Shown piece after piece: positions 1 to 9,788 of a DNA stretch of 64,000 bases; within the stretch, counting starts at the first letter, position 1; each line of letters opens with the position of its first letter. This stretch comes from Rebecca billardiae RCC1528 (lineage: Eukaryota > Protista > Haptophyta), in the NCBI GenBank assembly GCA_965240325.2, contig OZ251228.1, positions 2,666,001 through 2,730,000 of the forward strand, read 5' to 3'. The notes below the pieces were generated by a model, which was not told the origin of the DNA, did not search any database, and saw only the letters and a program-made list of their open reading frames with translations. Position numbers and translations under genes: made by a program.

Positions 1-2
1 CG

Positions 3-380
3 CCCGCGCGCGCGGGCGGCGCGGCGCTCGCACCGCCGGGCGAGTGCGGCCAGCTCGAGACCCGGCCGTTCGAGCTGCGCGGCACGCATCGGGTGCTCAG
101 CGTGAACGCGCGTGTGCCGCCCGCCGACGGCGCCGTCGCGAGCAGCCTCACCGCCGCGCTGGTCGACGACGCGCGCGTGCAGCCGATCGCGGGGCACGAG
201 CGCGGCGCGCCCGCCGCCCCCGCCGTGGACGCTGCGGATGCGGTGCTGCAGTGGGCGGGCGCAAAGGGCGCGGGCGCGAGGAGCCGCATCGATGCCGCGC
301 TGGCCGGTCGGCGCGTGCGGCTCCGCTTCGAGCTGTGCGGCGCCACCGAGCTGTTCGCCTTCACGCTGCGCGCGAGCTAG
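3..380 (+). CDS. 3' end of a gene truncated by the window edge; resembles the C-terminal beta-sandwich of uncharacterised beta-propeller glycoside-hydrolase-like proteins
   Basis: Open frame from base 3 to TAG at 380, followed by AT-richer UTR-like sequence. Reads GQLETRPFELRG..LSVNA..LTAALVDD..VLQW..LAGRRVRLRFELCGATELFAF. Confidence 0.5.
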   Translation, partial: PARAGGAALAPPGECGQLETRPFELRGTHRVLSVNARVPPADGAVASSLTAALVDDARVQPIAGHERGAPAAPAVDAADAVLQWAGAKGAGARSRIDAALAGRRVRLRFELCGATELFAFTLRAS

Positions 381-787
381 CATGCAGCAGTGCATGCATG
401 ATGACGACTGCGCGCACATTTCGCATCGCATCGTCGGCGCGTGATGCATACTACGACTACGCTGACGGATGAACTGATGAATAGCTAGGATGCGTCGGCA
501 CGCGCGTCGTCGATCTGCTGACTCGGCGCGCTCTCGCCCGTCTCTGAGTCTCGATCCGCCTCGATCGCCGCAACGCAGAACGCTGATGATGTGATGACGA
601 TGACTCATAGCAGACACGACTAGCTAGTCGTCATGCATGCGCGCGCGCAGCAGCATATATATCGCGCGACGACAACATCGTCATTATTATTATTTATTAT
701 TGGGGCGGTGATCATTCGTCATTATTCGGTGATGCCAGACAGCCAGGACCCTCCGTATACTACTTACTACTCATATATACTAGTATA

Positions 788-1414
788 TGGCTCCGGCTTC
801 GGTCCACCCCCCCCAGTCCGGTCAGTGGAGCGTTACATCTTGACACTGCAATCGGCGGGATCGCCGCGCCTCTGATGATCTACAATAGCTCCTAGCCCAC
901 CCCAGGCGGTCCCTTGCCTCCCTTGGGCTTGGACGATATTGACCGCGCCACACCTCCAATCGACGGTTCAGACTCTATTTTCTATAACTAATACCCAGTC
1001 CGGGTATCATTTTCGCATATGTATACAGGTGTCCGGAACGCTCCCGGACTGTGCTGAAATCTGAGTAAGGGACGGGTAATTACATAGTAAAAATAGAGTC
1101 TGAACATATTGGGAGGTGGACAGACATGAGACAGAGAGAGTGCCAGGTGGTCGGATGCGGCTGATTTCTCAATGATTCTCGTTGAAGTCATCAATCGGGG
1201 GTCGTCGGAAGGGACGACTCTACTGCTGCATGGTCCGCTTGGTTGACTTCGGCTCCGGGGCCGGCCTGAAGACGTAACGGAGCTGGGGGGGGTGGACCAA
1301 TTCTATGAGTTAAAAGACACAGGCACGAGGGCGCAGCTCTCCTTAGATTCGTCTGCATAGTGGTACCTACTGGTCGAAGCTTCACTTAGCTTGCGACGCA
1401 GGAGCCAGGAGCCA
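788..1414. mobile_element. MITE-like element with a split terminal inverted repeat
   Basis: Outer IR TGGCTCC(GGCTTC) at 788 pairs with GGAGCCAGGAGCCA ending at 1414, with TA on both sides. Inner perfect 16-bp IR GGTCCACCCCCCCCAG (801-816) / CTGGGGGGGGTGGACC (1283-1298). The interior is AT-richer and non-coding. Confidence 0.55.
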
Positions 1415-1437
1415 TATAGATTATAGTTATTGAGAAT

Positions 1438-2796
1438 TCACTCGTCATCATCATCATCAGCAGCAGCAGACGAGGATGACAGACCGGATGCCATCACCGT
1501 CCAACGGTCAGACGACGACTCGTCAGCAGCAGCAATGCCTGTGTCACCATGTGGCCAGTGTGGCGGCATTCGGCAACCCGCCCCGTTGCCTGTCTCTGGT
1601 CTTCCGACCAGCGGCGGCGGTTGGGGCAGCTGCGGGGCGGCGTCCGAGACGGTGGCAATGCAGCTGGTGCGTTTGTGCTGTCGCTTAGGTGCGCGTGTGC
1701 CCTGGTCACCAGTGCCATGCTCCAGCCTGCGCTTGGGGACGGCGAGCCGAGTGTTAACCATGCCGGCCAGCTTGTGCGCAGCGCACCTGCTAGCGCGCGC
1801 GTCGCCCGGCATGCCGAACGCAGGCACCGTGGTGCAGCCGGTGTGGTCACACTTGCGGCTCCTCACGTCGACCATGCCGGCCAGCTTGTGCGTAGCGCAC
1901 CGGCTGGCGCGCGCGTCACCCGGCATGCCGAAGTTCGGCACCTTGGTGCAGCCGGCGTGATCACACTTGGGGCTCTTCACGTCGACCATGCCGGCCAGCT
2001 TGTGCGTAGCGCACCGGCTGGCGCGCGCGTCGCCCGGCATGCCAAACACAGGATGCTTGGTGCAGTCCGCGTGATCACACTTGACGTGCATCACGTCGAC
2101 CATGCCGGCCAGCTTGTGCTGAGCGCACCGGCTGGCGCGCGCGTCGCCTGGCATGCCGAAGTGAGGCCGCGTGGTGCAGCCAGCGTGATCACACTTGGGG
2201 TTCCTCACGTCGACCATGCCATCCAGCTTGTGCGTAGCGCACCGGCTGGCGCGCGCGTCACCCGGCATAGCGAACGCAGGCTGCTTGGTGCAGCCGGCGT
2301 GATCACACTTGCGGCTCTTCACGTCGACCATGCCGGCCAGCTTGTGCGCAGCGCACCGGCTAGCGCGCGCGTCGCCCGGCATGCCGAACGAAGGCACCGT
2401 GGTGCAGCCGGTGTGGTCACACTTGCGGCTCTTCATGTCGACCATGCCGGCCAGCTTGTGCGTAGCGCACCGGCTGGCGCGCGCGTCACCCGGCATGCCG
2501 AAGTTCGGCACCTTGGTGCAGCCGGTGTGATCACACTTGGGGCTCTTCACGTCGACCATGCCGGCCAGCTTGTGCGTAGCGCACCGGCTGGCGCGCGCGT
2601 CGCCCGGCATGCCGAAGGAAGGCACCTTGGTGCAGCCGGTGTGATCACACTTCGGGCGCACTACGTCGACCATGCCGGCCCGCTTATGCGCAGCGCACCG
2701 GCTGGCGCGCGCGTCGCCCGGCAGCGTCACCCGGACCAAGGGTGTCCAGGGTCCGCAACTCGCAGTGCGCAGCGCGGCGGAGGCAGGCTCACTCAT
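1438..2796 (-). CDS. EsV-1-7 cysteine-rich repeat protein, array 1 (8 full 38-aa units, NLS-like and acidic tail)
   Basis: Tandem 114-bp units encoding C-x4-C-x16-C-x2-H-x12 (KCDHxGCTxxPxFGMPGDARASRCATHKLAGMVDV). Likely ATG at 2796 (MSEPAS). Tail PKRRLEHG..APKRQHKR..DDDDDE. Confidence 0.85.
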   Translation of the reverse strand: MSEPASAALRTASCGPWTPLVRVTLPGDARASRCAAHKRAGMVDVVRPKCDHTGCTKVPSFGMPGDARASRCATHKLAGMVDVKSPKCDHTGCTKVPNFGMPGDARASRCATHKLAGMVDMKSRKCDHTGCTTVPSFGMPGDARASRCAAHKLAGMVDVKSRKCDHAGCTKQPAFAMPGDARASRCATHKLDGMVDVRNPKCDHAGCTTRPHFGMPGDARASRCAQHKLAGMVDVMHVKCDHADCTKHPVFGMPGDARASRCATHKLAGMVDVKSPKCDHAGCTKVPNFGMPGDARASRCATHKLAGMVDVRSRKCDHTGCTTVPAFGMPGDARASRCAAHKLAGMVNTRLAVPKRRLEHGTGDQGTRAPKRQHKRTSCIATVSDAAPQLPQPPPLVGRPETGNGAGCRMPPHWPHGDTGIAAADESSSDRWTVMASGLSSSSAAADDDDDE

Positions 2797-3115
2797 CGCG
2801 AGGTCGCCGCTCGCCAGGGGCACTCGCCCGCCCACCGCCGTGCACGGCGGCGGAGCCGCTCGCGCCGTGCGCTCCTGCGGCCGTCGGATCAAAGGAATCG
2901 GATCGGGCTGCGTAGGCGGCGCGCGGCTTGGGCCGTCGCTGCGCCACCCAGCGCCCCTCTCTGCGCCGCGCGCCTTCCTCGTCCTCGCCTCCTCCGCGCC
3001 TTGGAGCAGCACGCACACGCGCGGCGCCGCACAAAGGCAGCCCAGGCGCTCGCGTGCAAGCGTGCGCGCGCGCAGCGTGACGGGCTCGACTCGGGGCTCG
3101 CGCCGCTGCGGGGGC

Positions 3116-3991
3116 ATGCAGCACAATCACATGCGCGCGCGACGCCACCCACAGCTCGCAGAGGGCACGCTGCGCTTCGAGCTCATCTGGCGCGAGGGCA
3201 TGCTGGCGGCAGTGAATCGCAGTGGGAAGGCTGCGCTCGAGATGTTCAGCCCATCGACCGACAGGGCTCACGAGACTGTGCTCAAGCTGGTGGTATCCAC
3301 TGCCTTCAATCGCGCCCTCGCCCTCGCCGGCCACAACCAGATCGCGTACAACTTCAAGGCGGAGGACGTCGTATGGTACCAATTGCGGAAGTCCGGCAAG
3401 CTCTCATACCCCCTCGGCATCGGGGCATTCAAGCAGATCGTGACCGGTTTCATGCAGATGCAGCCGCTCCTCGAGATGCAAAGCTACCTCAACATGCAGC
3501 GCGACTCAGCCGCCTTCACCAAGGCAGCCGGGCAAGTCGGCGAGATCGGCCGAGGGCAAAACAAAGTCAACGTGTTCTACATGCAGCTACACGGCCCCCC
3601 AACCCCGAGCCGTCTCGAGGCCACCCTCTCTTTTGAGGGCGGCGACAGGATCCAGTACAGCAGCTCCAGCCTCGTCGACGCACTCAAGGGGTGGTGCGTG
3701 AGCGACCTCTGCTCCTCTGCCCTGGGCTCAGGCCAGCAGTGCCCGCGGCAGGACTGCCCGCTCAGGCATGTCCAGCCGCAGTGGCAGCAGATCCCATTCA
3801 AGAAGACGGATTGCGAGGCGCTCGTATCGCTCACGCAGCAGGCAGCTGTGGGTGGCTCGCTCGCGCTACCCGCCTCTGCTCCACAGACGAAACACACCCA
3901 GCTCGCAGCACAGGCAGTCGCTGCATTTGTCGCGGGGCAGAGCGGCGGTGCTGCAGAGGCAGGCATGTCCAACCTGCAGGTCTCAAAGTGA
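3116..3991 (+). CDS. Hypothetical protein with a Cys/His cluster (possible CCCH-type finger); 5' end uncertain
   Basis: Protein-like composition and C/G third-position bias from about 3155 to the stop at 3991. Contains LCSSALGSGQQCPRQDCPLRH. A possible splice acceptor CCCACAG lies near 3154. Confidence 0.6.
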   Translation: MQHNHMRARRHPQLAEGTLRFELIWREGMLAAVNRSGKAALEMFSPSTDRAHETVLKLVVSTAFNRALALAGHNQIAYNFKAEDVVWYQLRKSGKLSYPLGIGAFKQIVTGFMQMQPLLEMQSYLNMQRDSAAFTKAAGQVGEIGRGQNKVNVFYMQLHGPPTPSRLEATLSFEGGDRIQYSSSSLVDALKGWCVSDLCSSALGSGQQCPRQDCPLRHVQPQWQQIPFKKTDCEALVSLTQQAAVGGSLALPASAPQTKHTQLAAQAVAAFVAGQSGGAAEAGMSNLQVSK

Positions 3992-4320
3992 GGCCACAGT
4001 CGGGTACATTCACAGATGATATAGTATGCGGCTGCTGCGCAAGCACTGATGATAGATAGGACAGGGTGATGCAGGCCCAGGGGCAGGTGTTGCCGGTGCA
4101 GCAGCAGCAGCGCAACTGCGCCCGGGGCGCGCTATTCCGGAATACTCAGCCATGCTGACATCTCGTATTAACTAGAAATACTGCTATATTTATTAATAAT
4201 AAAGACGATGTATGCGCGGAACTACTATATCCGAGAGCGGAGTCAGAGGGCGCGGAGATCGACGACAGCATCGGCATGCATTGTATATCTGATATCATCG
4301 ATCAGCATCATCGGACGGAA

Positions 4321-5400
4321 TTAATCATCGTCATCGGCGTCGGAAGGGGATGACAGATCGGATGCCATCACCGTCCAATGGTCAGACTCATCATCTGTGT
4401 CACCACCGTCGTGTGGCGGCGTTCGGCAATCAGCCCCGTTGCCTCTCTCGAGTCTCCCGACCAGCGGCGGCAGTTCGGGCAGCTGCGGGGCTGAGTCCGA
4501 GACGGTGGCAATGCGGCTGGTGCGTTTGTGCTGTCGCTTGGCTGCACGTGTGCCCTGGTCGCCGGTGCCATGCTCCAGCCTGCGCTTGGGGACGGCGAGC
4601 CGACTGCGTACCATGCCGGCCAGCTTGTGCGTAGCGCACCGGCTAGTGTGCGCGTCGCCCGGCATGCCAAACGAAGGCCACTTGGTGCAGTCGGTGTGAA
4701 CACACTTGCTGCTCCTCACGTTGACCATGCCGGCCAGCTTGTGTGTAGCGCACCGGCTAGCCCGCGCGTCGTCCGGCATGCCGAACACAGGCTGCTTGGT
4801 GCAGCCGGCGTGATCACACTTGCGGTTCACCACGTCGACCATGCCGGCCAGCTTGTGCGCACCGCACCGGCTGGCGCGCGCGTCGCCCGGCATGCCGAAC
4901 GAAGGCACCTTGGTGCAGCCGGCGTGATCACACTTGGGCTTCTTCACGTTGACCATGCCGGCCAGCTTGTGCGTGGCGCATCGGCTGGCGCGCGCGTCGC
5001 CCGGCATGCCGAACGAAGGCCACTTGGTGCAGCCGGTGTGATCACACTTGGGGTGCTTCAGGTCGACCATGCCTGCCAGCTTGTGCGCAGCGCACCGGCT
5101 GGCGCGCGAGTCGCCCGGCATGCAGAAGCAAGGCCTCTTGGTGCAGCCGGTGTGATCACACTTGGGGTGCTTCAGGTCGACCATACCTGCCAGCTTGTGC
5201 GCAGCGCACCGGCTGGCGCGCGAGTCGCCCGGCATGCCGAAGCAAGGCCTCTTGGTGCAGCCGGTGTGATGACACTTGCGGTGCTTTGCGTCGACCATGC
5301 CGGCCAGCTTGTGCGTAGCGCACCGGTTGGCGCGTGCGTCGCCCGGCAGCGTAACCCGGAAGGGCGCGCGTGGTGGCGAGCTGCAGAGGGCTTGCCACAC
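4321..5400 (-). CDS. EsV-1-7 cysteine-rich repeat protein, array 2 (6 full units)
   Basis: Same 114-bp unit, same RVTLPGDAR entry and same RLAVPKRRLEHG tail as array 1 (tandem paralogue). Start uncertain: GTG at 5400, first in-frame ATG at 5298. Confidence 0.8.
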   Translation of the reverse strand: MWQALCSSPPRAPFRVTLPGDARANRCATHKLAGMVDAKHRKCHHTGCTKRPCFGMPGDSRASRCAAHKLAGMVDLKHPKCDHTGCTKRPCFCMPGDSRASRCAAHKLAGMVDLKHPKCDHTGCTKWPSFGMPGDARASRCATHKLAGMVNVKKPKCDHAGCTKVPSFGMPGDARASRCGAHKLAGMVDVVNRKCDHAGCTKQPVFGMPDDARASRCATHKLAGMVNVRSSKCVHTDCTKWPSFGMPGDAHTSRCATHKLAGMVRSRLAVPKRRLEHGTGDQGTRAAKRQHKRTSRIATVSDSAPQLPELPPLVGRLERGNGADCRTPPHDGGDTDDESDHWTVMASDLSSPSDADDDD

Positions 5401-5472
5401 TGCCGCACACGTGCGTCCGCTCGGCCCGCCCCACCGGCACGGTCACCAGATCCACGCCCGCGCGACTCCAAG

Positions 5473-7268
5473 ATGCAGCAGGGTTTTATCAGCCGCCAGT
5501 GGTCATCAGCTTTCGGAGCGGAATTGCATGCCCTGCCGCATCCCATCCCTGACGCACAAATGGCGGGCGCGAGGAGCAACGCGACGGCGGCGGTCGCGCT
5601 GAGCGCCGCGTTCGTTTCGTACAGCTCCTTCATCCTCGTGCCGGAGCACCGGCTCCTCTTCTGCAAGATCGACAAGGTCGCGAGCCAGAACTTTTTGCAG
5701 CTCTTCCGCGCGGTCCGCACGCCGCACGACCCGGCGCTGCGCAAGCAGCTGTTCGTGCAGAACACCAACACGCTGCGCTACTTCGGGCTGGGCGTGGAGG
5801 ACGCCGCGGCGCGGCTGGCCGACCCGACGTGGCACGCCGCCGTCTTCTACCGGGAGCCGCTCGAGCGCTTCGCCTCGGCGTACGCGTCCAAGTGCACCGC
5901 GGGCCGTGACATGGACGGCGCGCGCCATTGCTCGGAGGCATTCGGCGTGTCGCGCCCCAGCTTCGACGAGGCGGCGGCAGCGCTCGGGCGAGGGCGCGTG
6001 CGCAACCGGCACTGGATGCGGCAGTCTGAGCACTGCGGCGGGCTCAACGCCACCCTCGGCGCGTACAAGACGATCGAGCGCCTCGAGCCGACGCGCGCGC
6101 GCGCAGCCGTCGAGCGCATGCTGCGCGCGGTCGGGGTGGACGTGCGCGCGCTGGCGCCCGAGCTGGACAAGCTGTTCCCCGACGAGCACGCGCGCGCGGC
6201 GGTGCTGCGCAGCGTGCAGTCGGGCGACCGCGACCCGCGCAAGCGGCCGGCGCCGCAGCCCGCGGACGGTTGGCGGCGTGCGTGGGCGAAGCGGCGTGCG
6301 CCAGCCGCGCCGAGCGGCAGCGGCCCCAGTAGCAGCAGCAGCAGCAGCCGCAGCAGCAGCAGCAGCCCCCGACACAACGCACACGTGACCACCGAGCTCG
6401 AGCGGCGCTACTACGCGAGCGACGCGGCGCTCGCGAGCGTCGTGCGGTACTACGCGGAGGACTATGAGCTCTTCGACATGGCGTTGCCGCCGTGGGCGGC
6501 CGCCCGGCTGCGCGCCGTCGAGCCAGCGCTCATGGCGCGGCTGGGCGGTCTCGGCGCGACAGCTGCCGGCGCGGCGCTCGCCGCGGCGCTCGACGCGGCG
6601 CTCGGCGCAGAGGCTGGCGCGGAGGCCAGCGCGGAGGCGGGCGGGACGGTCGACTTCAGCGGCGTGTGGGAGCTGCGCGAGTCGACGCGGTTCGACGAGT
6701 ACCTTGCGGCGATGGGCGTGAGCTGGATGCGGCGCAAGCTCGCCGGCCGCATCAGGCCCAAGCAGAGCTGGAGCAAGCACGAAGGCGTGTGGCAGTTCAC
6801 GGCGCAGACGCCCAGGGGGGCCAAGACGGAGGTGTTGCCCATAGGGGTGCCCACGGACGACGACATCGACGGTGAGCTCAGGATGACCAAGACGAGCCGG
6901 TGGGAGGGCAACGTGCTCGTCACCGACGTCGTGCCCAAGGACGCCGCCAAGCGCGCCGCGCTCGGCAAGCTGTCCTTGTGTGCGCGTGCGCATGCGCCCC
7001 CGTCTGCCTCAGCCAGCGCGCCGACGCGCCGCGCGGCCCGGAGCTACCCGCCCGCGGCACTGCTGACGCCACTCGACGTGCGCACGGTCGCCCGGCCCCG
7101 CGCGTGCGCAGGCGGCGGTACATCCGTGGCGAGGGCAGCGCCGAGCGGCTGGTGCTCGAGATGATCGCTGGCGACATCACCTGTGTGCGCACCTTTCAGC
7201 GCGTCGCCCCCCGTGCGCTGCGGCAGCCGCGACGGGCGACCAGTCGACTACGATCGCGACGACGATGA
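5473..7268 (+). CDS. Sulfotransferase (Sulfotransfer_2/CHST-like) fused to a C-terminal fatty-acid-binding-protein-like domain; predicted intron 6978-7111
   Basis: 5'-PSB-like LLFCKIDKVASQNF, 3'-PB-like FYREPLERFASAY and HWMRQSEHC. These are followed by DFSGVWELRESTRFDEYLAAMGVSWMRRKLA ... RRYIRG..LVLEMIAGDITCVRTFQR, which are FABP hallmarks. Start 5473 or 5560. Confidence 0.8.
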
Positions 7269-8226
7269 TCACGACCCCGGTGCGATCATGATGACGATCA
7301 CTCTGACGACAGCGATATGTCAACGACCGATCGTCAGCGATGCTACGACGTGTACGCGCGTGACGATTACGACGACTATACTGCTACTTGATATAGCCCG
7401 CCGGGCCGCCGGTTACGACTGCGCCGTGACGGCGTGAGCTGTGACTTGATGGTGCGACATCCCGACGTACGGTCGTACTCGTCGGGCCACACATGACACA
7501 GTCAGTAAGCTCGTCACGTACCGTGACGAGCGATGCCGGGCCCTGCAGCCGGCAGTAGTAGGTGGGAATAATATCGCGAGACGGCGAGTGCGGCGCGCGC
7601 GCGCCGCCGCGGCCGACGCAGGCGCCACTAATATTATAATATATATATTCCCGGCCGCCGGCAGACAACTAAGCACTAAAGCAGGCGCCAGCCGCCAGCA
7701 TTACAGGCGGCTACGGACGCTATAAGTGATCGGACTGCTCATGGAATCAGCTCCGTCCTCAAGTCATCATGTGGCTCATGGAATCTCATCAAGTCATCAT
7801 GTGGCGCTACCGACTACCGTCGTACCGAGTCGTGCACGGCACGGCCGGCATGCAAATTGCAATGCCGTTCACGTGAATCGGCATCACGTAACTAACTCGT
7901 GAACGTTCACGTCTCAGTCTCACGAACTCGATGTCGATGATGCGACGATCATCATCATTCCGGGATCAAGCCCGTACTGCCGCGGGCGGGCCATCAGAGG
8001 TCGCATGAGGGCGGCTGCCCCGTCCCCCGTGGGATCACGGCTGGGACTTGGGAGTGGCCAGTGCGTCAACGCCCATCAACAGTGCACAGACCACGGTGGC
8101 GGTAGACCGGACCGTTCCCCGGCGATCATCAGTTCGTCGTCCCACGGATTCCGTGTCACTGATACACTGCTCTCAGCTTTGGCGGTCGGAGCCCCAGCGA
8201 CGCGCGCAGCCGCGTGCGCCGCCCGG

Positions 8227-9725
8227 TCACATGTCCTGCAGCGACGTGTCTGGCGCGCTACTGTCGAGGAGCGGGTCGCTGTCGACCGCGTCGAGCGAGA
8301 CCGGCCGCGAGCCGTCCGCGCTCGAGTTGTCGTACGATTCTGCCGAGGGCACTCGCTTCGACGCTGCCTCGAGCTCCTCGAGCTCCTCCGGCTCGGACTC
8401 GAAGGGCCACTCCGCCTCGACGTCCTCGTCTGTCTCGCGCCAGAACAGCCCCTCGGTGTCGCCGTCGACCTCGAAGGTGAAGAGCGGCGCGTCCGCACCG
8501 TCGCGCTCAGTGCCTGCACGCACAGCGCGCGGGGCGGCGCGGCGCGTGCGCGCGTCAGCCGACGACCGACGACAGCCCGCACGGGCGTGGCCGCCATCGC
8601 GCGCGCGGGCGCACCAAGGCGGTGCCTCTCCATCGTCTCCGCCCAGCGCTCGAGCGCCGCGGACGCCTCCTCCACGCGCGCGTCTTGCAGCTCGAGCTCT
8701 GGCGTGCGCAGCGCGCCGTCCGCGGTGAAGCGCCCCTTGGACGCGGAGAGCTCAGCCGGGGACACGAGGAGGGGCGGCGCGTCGCCGAGCTCGTCGGCCT
8801 CCCACCACGTCTCGAGGGGCGGGCCCTCGGGCACGGGCAGCGTGCGCGTCGTCACCGCGAGCGACGTCCACGGCGCCACCGTCACCGCCTCGAACAGCCC
8901 CGCCTGTGCGTAAGGGTCCCCCTCCGCCCAGCCGCGCACCTCAGCGAGCGACTGGCCACACACCAGCAGGAGCGACCCCACCTTGGGCGCGCCGGCGGGG
9001 TCGGCGGCGGCGAGCGGGTCCGGGTCGAGCAGCGGCCCGGCCGCCACCACGCGCGGCACCGACCCGCGCAGCCACTCCAGGTGCGCCTCCCGCGTGCGCG
9101 CGCGCAGGTCCCCCGCGTCCGCCCTGTCGCGGCAGTAGACGAGGAAGGGCGGCGTCGAGATCGGGTTGTCCAGCTCGGGCTCGAGCAGCCGGACCCACTC
9201 GTTGACGTGGAGCTCGTCGAAGAGGCCGGCGGCGGCGAACGGGTCGTTCGCCGCCACCTCCACCGCGTCCTGCGCGCCCTTCCCGTCGATCACGTACATG
9301 GTGCCCGCGGCCGCCTGCAGCCCGTCCTGCAGAAAGTAGCCCGCCTCGTACACGCCGCACCGCACCGACTGCAGGTACTCGCAGTGCGCGGAGTGGAGCG
9401 AGAAGCGCACGTCCTCGAGGGAGGGCCGGTCCCGCCCGAACACGCAGAACAGCCGGGGCTCGCCCTCCTCCTCCTCCTCCTCCGGCTCCTCCGCGCCACC
9501 CGGCGCGTCCAAGAGCTCGGCAAAGACGTCCCCGTCCTCCGCGCCGTCCGCGTCCGGTGCGGGCTCGGCGCTGGCGGCGGCGGTGCGCTTGGCGCGCAGC
9601 GCGCTCACGTGCGAGCGCACGAACGGCGGCCGCGCCCGTGTGAACCCGCTGCCCGCGCTGCTGGCCACCGCCACGCACGCGGCGGCGATGACCGTGAGCA
9701 CGCGCACGTGGCACGAGGCCCCCAT
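8227..9725 (-). CDS. Tandem YciI-domain protein with a probable plastid-targeting leader; predicted intron 8514-8614
   Basis: Two YciI-like repeats: (D..R..R..HCEYL..AG..GTMYVI..A.NDPF) and (DRADAGDLRARTREAHLEWL..AGPLL..GSLLLV..W.EGDPY). Hydrophobic signal followed by GF and an Arg-rich transit-like segment. Confidence 0.8.
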
Positions 9726-9788
9726 TCTCGATCGCCGACGACGATCGACGACGTCCACGGCCGAACGCCTCCGGCCTCCCGAAGCAGC

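Noticed and set aside
1757-2724. Diversity-generating retroelement as the source of repeat variation
   Set aside because: There is no reverse transcriptase or template/variable repeat pair, and the substitutions are not adenine-specific.
7737-7806. Short local duplications (also ATAGTACTTGACTGATGACA x2 at ~39605-39644)
   Set aside because: Ordinary slippage-type duplications in intergenic DNA.
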